Of a stretch of 35,659 nt of DNA, positions 33,003 through 35,659 are shown in pieces. Position 1 is the stretch's first letter; every line of letters begins with the position of its first letter. The position numbers and the translations under genes were made by a program. Source of the stretch: a virus; the IMG/VR virus record IMGVR_UViG_3300024520_000256. One strand, written 5' to 3'. Under the pieces are notes generated by a model. The model had not been told where the DNA came from, ran no database searches, and saw only the letters and a program-made list of their open reading frames with translations.

Positions 33003-33057
33003 CCTTGTTGTTGTTTGTTAATATATAAAATATATATAACTATTATATAAATCCAAG
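33003..33057 (-). promoter_or_regulatory. Triple-TATATAA element, copy E
   Basis: Boxes at 33022 (TATATAAA), 33033 (TATATAAC) and 33044 (TATATAAA), with CCTTG 33003..33007 and CAAG 33054..33057. Confidence 0.6.
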
Positions 33058-33064
33058 CTTTTAT

Positions 33065-33469
33065 TTATTTATTTTCCAATTCCAATATAAGGTCTTTATC
33101 TACTAGGATTAATCTTTCTTCAAGCTGTATGAATTCTAAGACTTTGTAACCAGGTCTATTAATGTACTGTGCTGTATCAAGAGTACAGTTTGTAATATTT
33201 TTGATTCTTAAGTCTTCTAAAAGGAGTAGATTACTTTGAGTTGTATAAGAATAAGTTTGGATGTTTATTAGGCATGTATCAGAATAGAGCTCTATGCTAT
33301 ACTCATTTTTACTAAAAATATGTACCTGTGTGGAATCTTTTTTATAGGTTCCTTTTATGGCTAATGGTTCTACTTGCTCTCCTTCATGGGTATGCGGAGT
33401 TAGTGGGTTTTCTTCCTTAATAGCACAACCAAGTAAGAATATTAGTATTAAATAGTATCGGTAATCCAT
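33065..33469 (-). CDS. Lipoprotein (lipobox LLGC, Cys15)
   Basis: The N-terminus MDYRYYLILIFLLGCAIKEEN is a type II signal peptide. Confidence 0.65.
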   Translation of the reverse strand: MDYRYYLILIFLLGCAIKEENPLTPHTHEGEQVEPLAIKGTYKKDSTQVHIFSKNEYSIELYSDTCLINIQTYSYTTQSNLLLLEDLRIKNITNCTLDTAQYINRPGYKVLEFIQLEERLILVDKDLILELENK

Positions 33470-33723
33470 TCGTTAATCTCCTGTCTAAGTGAATCTAAAA
33501 AGGTTTTTTCTGAAGCTGTTTTAATTGTAGGTTGGTGTACTGTTTTTTCATCGTACCAATTATATTGTCTTGGAGCAGCAGCCTCCATATGGCCGCCAAG
33601 ACTACCTAAAACTTCAGCTTGAAAAGCGTTCCCCATCGCCTGCGCGCCTCTTTGTCTACACCTTTGTTCATTAAGAGAGCGAGTTAAAATATCAGCATTA
33701 AAACCTAAGCTAGCCATAGCCAT
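33448..33723 (-). CDS. Hypothetical protein
   Basis: 91-aa ORF, coupled. Confidence 0.55.
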   Translation of the reverse strand: MAMASLGFNADILTRSLNEQRCRQRGAQAMGNAFQAEVLGSLGGHMEAAAPRQYNWYDEKTVHQPTIKTASEKTFLDSLRQEINEWITDTI

Positions 33724-34103
33724 TATCTTTTCTCGGTTATTTTCATATTTACATTGGGAAGGGCTTCAGAGAGTTTGTCATAAACTGCTTTTAATTCAAC
33801 CTTTCCTTCTTTGATTAGCTCCATTTGTTTCTCATGGTATTGTCTTTCAAGTTCTCGCTCTTTCTCTTGGTAGTCCCTTTGCATGACTACTAGTTTTTTG
33901 TCTAATTCTAATTGGTCTTTTTCTTGTTTCATTTTAACAAGATGTTTGATTTCTTTTTCTTCAAGCTTCTTTTGAAGCTTGAGTTCTGCCACCTCGTCTT
34001 TAAGTTTGATAACTTCGCTTTTTAAAGAAACCTCCTTCTTTTCGTCTTCAAAATAAATGGCGTCTCGAATAATGTTAATTAGTGTTTTTTTTGTGAAAAT
34101 CAT
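33723..34103 (-). CDS. Hypothetical coiled-coil protein
   Basis: 126 aa, KE-rich heptads, coupled junctions. Confidence 0.55.
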   Translation of the reverse strand: MIFTKKTLINIIRDAIYFEDEKKEVSLKSEVIKLKDEVAELKLQKKLEEKEIKHLVKMKQEKDQLELDKKLVVMQRDYQEKERELERQYHEKQMELIKEGKVELKAVYDKLSEALPNVNMKITEKR

Positions 34104-34360
34104 GTTGCCTCCTTGATTTTTCTTAGTTGTTTTTTTGTTATTTTTGGAAATCTCTTACCGTGCGCGTGGTCATGGTGTTTTCTACATAGGGTTATAAGAT
34201 TGTTGTGTTCATCACCTCCGCCTTGGGATTTAAAAACGATATGGTGGGGAGGGTCTAAAAAAAATTCACAACCTTTTCCTATTTGACAATATGGATATAA
34301 TTCAAAATATTCCTTAACTAGTTTTTTATCTCTTATTATCTCTTTTTTCGGAAACATCAT
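34100..34360 (-). CDS. HNH endonuclease
   Basis: PHHIVFKSQGGGDEHNNLITLCRKHHDHAH is a canonical H-N-H beta-beta-alpha metal motif, preceded by a Cys pair. Confidence 0.8.
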   Translation of the reverse strand: MMFPKKEIIRDKKLVKEYFELYPYCQIGKGCEFFLDPPHHIVFKSQGGGDEHNNLITLCRKHHDHAHGKRFPKITKKQLRKIKEAT

Positions 34361-34432
34361 ATTATCCTACTGTTTACATAATTCCAAACATCAGAACCAT
34401 AAAAAGCTTTTTTTTCCACTCGGTTTCGTTAA

Positions 34433-34726
34433 TCATTTGTTAACCTTCATGAGTTTGTTTATTTCTTTTTCGTATTCCTCTGGGCATGCTTGCCAGTTTC
34501 TAACATTCTCTAATATTTTCATAGCACTATCAAAGTTTTCTCTTAAGGTCTTCGTTTCTTTAAGGTTACTTTTTGCTTGGTCATACCAAAATAATTTAGT
34601 CCCAATACACCCCTCTAATTCCTCGTTAAGTACCTTATTTTCTCTAGTGAGTCTTACTATTTCTTTTTCCTGGTCTTCGTTATGAGTCTTAAGGACTCTT
34701 AGTTGTTTTTCTAACTCTTCTGACAT
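34433..34726 (-). CDS. Hypothetical coiled-coil protein
   Basis: 97-aa ORF. Confidence 0.55.
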   Translation of the reverse strand: MSEELEKQLRVLKTHNEDQEKEIVRLTRENKVLNEELEGCIGTKLFWYDQAKSNLKETKTLRENFDSAMKILENVRNWQACPEEYEKEINKLMKVNK

Positions 34727-34885
34727 TTATTCCTCCAAGGGTACAAAGGTTTCAGTTTTTATTTTGTAATTACTATAAATTAATCCACCAGGAACGCGAC
34801 AAACAATATATATGGTTGGTCCAACCGATACCTCTTTGAAAGAGTGGATTTTCATGTTTATTAACTCTTCTTTATTGTTAGTCAT
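34727..34885 (-). CDS. Hypothetical protein (52 aa), not in the ORF track
   Basis: Hand translation MTNNKEELINMKIHSFKEVSVGPTIYIVCRVPGGLIYSNYKIKTETFVPLEE. It exactly fills the gap between its neighbours. Confidence 0.45.
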   Translation of the reverse strand: MTNNKEELINMKIHSFKEVSVGPTIYIVCRVPGGLIYSNYKIKTETFVPLEE

Positions 34886-35180
34886 TTAATTTTCCTAGTA
34901 TTAGGAGTCTTTTATGTTCAGGAATTAGATTTACTATTTCTTCAAAAGACGGAGCTTTCTCTTCTCCTAAAAACTCTTTTCTAATATTATCTACAAATCC
35001 TAATTCATGGGTAAATACAGCCCTTCCAAGTTCTTTTTCTAAACACATATGAAAATGAGAAAAATCCATGCAAAGCTTTTCTTGAAAAAGTTGAAACTTC
35101 ACAACTTCATTTGGTGTCCATTTTTTCCATACTTTACTTTCTGCAAGCTCTATGGCTTGTTTTTCTGTCAGTTCTTTCAT
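34878..35180 (-). CDS. Hypothetical protein
   Basis: 100-aa ORF with an ATGA junction. Confidence 0.6.
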   Translation of the reverse strand: MKELTEKQAIELAESKVWKKWTPNEVVKFQLFQEKLCMDFSHFHMCLEKELGRAVFTHELGFVDNIRKEFLGEEKAPSFEEIVNLIPEHKRLLILGKLND

Positions 35181-35515
35181 TCTTCAACCTCTATAGGGGA
35201 TAAACCTTCTGCTAGCATATAATCACAGTTATGAAAATCTGCTTCTGCTTCTTCTGGAGTTCTGTAGATGTCTGAAAGGCGCCATTCTTTAGTAGTTCTG
35301 TATCTGTGTAAGTATTTCTCAACTGTTTTCTTAGGTTCTATGTAGAGTTCCCAAGGCCAGCAATAGAAACAGTGCATCTCATTTTTTTGGTTATCTACAC
35401 AAAAAAAAGCATTTGTTCCGAGGTATAACACTATAACCCAAGAATCTTTTGACCATTCGCCATGCCTAACTTTGTCCCCAATATTAAACTTTCCTATAAA
35501 CTCTTCTCTAGTCAT
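35177..35515 (-). CDS. Hypothetical protein, first gene after element A
   Basis: 112-aa ORF with an AAGGAG SD at 35524..35529. Confidence 0.6.
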   Translation of the reverse strand: MTREEFIGKFNIGDKVRHGEWSKDSWVIVLYLGTNAFFCVDNQKNEMHCFYCWPWELYIEPKKTVEKYLHRYRTTKEWRLSDIYRTPEEAEADFHNCDYMLAEGLSPIEVEE

Positions 35516-35532
35516 TTTGCTCTCTCCTTCGT

Positions 35533-35659
35533 TGTATATAAATATTATATAATTAATATATAAACATCAAGACATTTTTTCAAATTCTGCAATTTTCTTT
35601 AATCTGTCCTTTACTCTCCATACTCTCACTTGGTTTATTGAAAAGCCAATCATTAAACC
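35533..35659. repeat. Second copy of the terminal overlap (same as 1..127)
   Basis: Exact match to 1..127 read by eye. Confidence 0.95.

Noticed and set aside
34361-34432. 20-codon ORF (MINETEWKKKLFMVLMFGIM) in the gap before the HNH gene
   Set aside because: It is too short to support from sequence alone, and I recognised no motif.

Overview
The window is a complete, circularly closing genome of a tailed bacteriophage with P22-like (podovirus-type) head and tail genes. Bases 1..127 repeat exactly at 35533..35659, so the unit length is 35532 bp. Every credible gene (roughly 70) is on the minus strand. Genes are tightly packed, with many ATGA/TAATG stop-start overlaps and AGGAG-type Shine-Dalgarno sites, so all plus-strand ORFs in the track look like antisense shadows.

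Gene order in the direction of transcription (high to low coordinates):
- Small early genes, including an HNH endonuclease, a lipoprotein and a YopX-like protein.
- A terminator/promoter boundary near 28.9 kb.
- TerS, TerL, portal, scaffold and a P22-type coat protein.
- A gp4-like adaptor, a split gp10-like tail hub, a LamG-domain protein and a GNAT acetyltransferase.
- Three ejection-protein-like genes and a beta-helix tailspike.
- A membrane protein plus a CheY-like receiver.
- A ribbon-helix-helix (RHH) gene pair, tRNA-Ser, a tRNA-like element and an Rnl2-type RNA ligase.
- Recombination and replication genes: an SSAP-like protein, a DUF1351-like protein, SSB, and a replisome organiser with internal iterons.

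I recognised no integrase, DNA polymerase, or canonical holin/endolysin.

The strongest unexplained signal is a set of five near-identical intergenic elements. Each has three TATATAA boxes phased at exactly 11 bp and sits directly before the SD of the first gene of a block. Together they split the genome into five transcription blocks and may form a regulon with the unannotated RHH protein.

Other notable items are the orphan receiver domain with its membrane partner, the tRNA/RNA-ligase module, the duplicated gp10 C-terminal docking module, and the GNAT inside the virion module. All homology calls come from motif recognition by eye and need profile searches to confirm.
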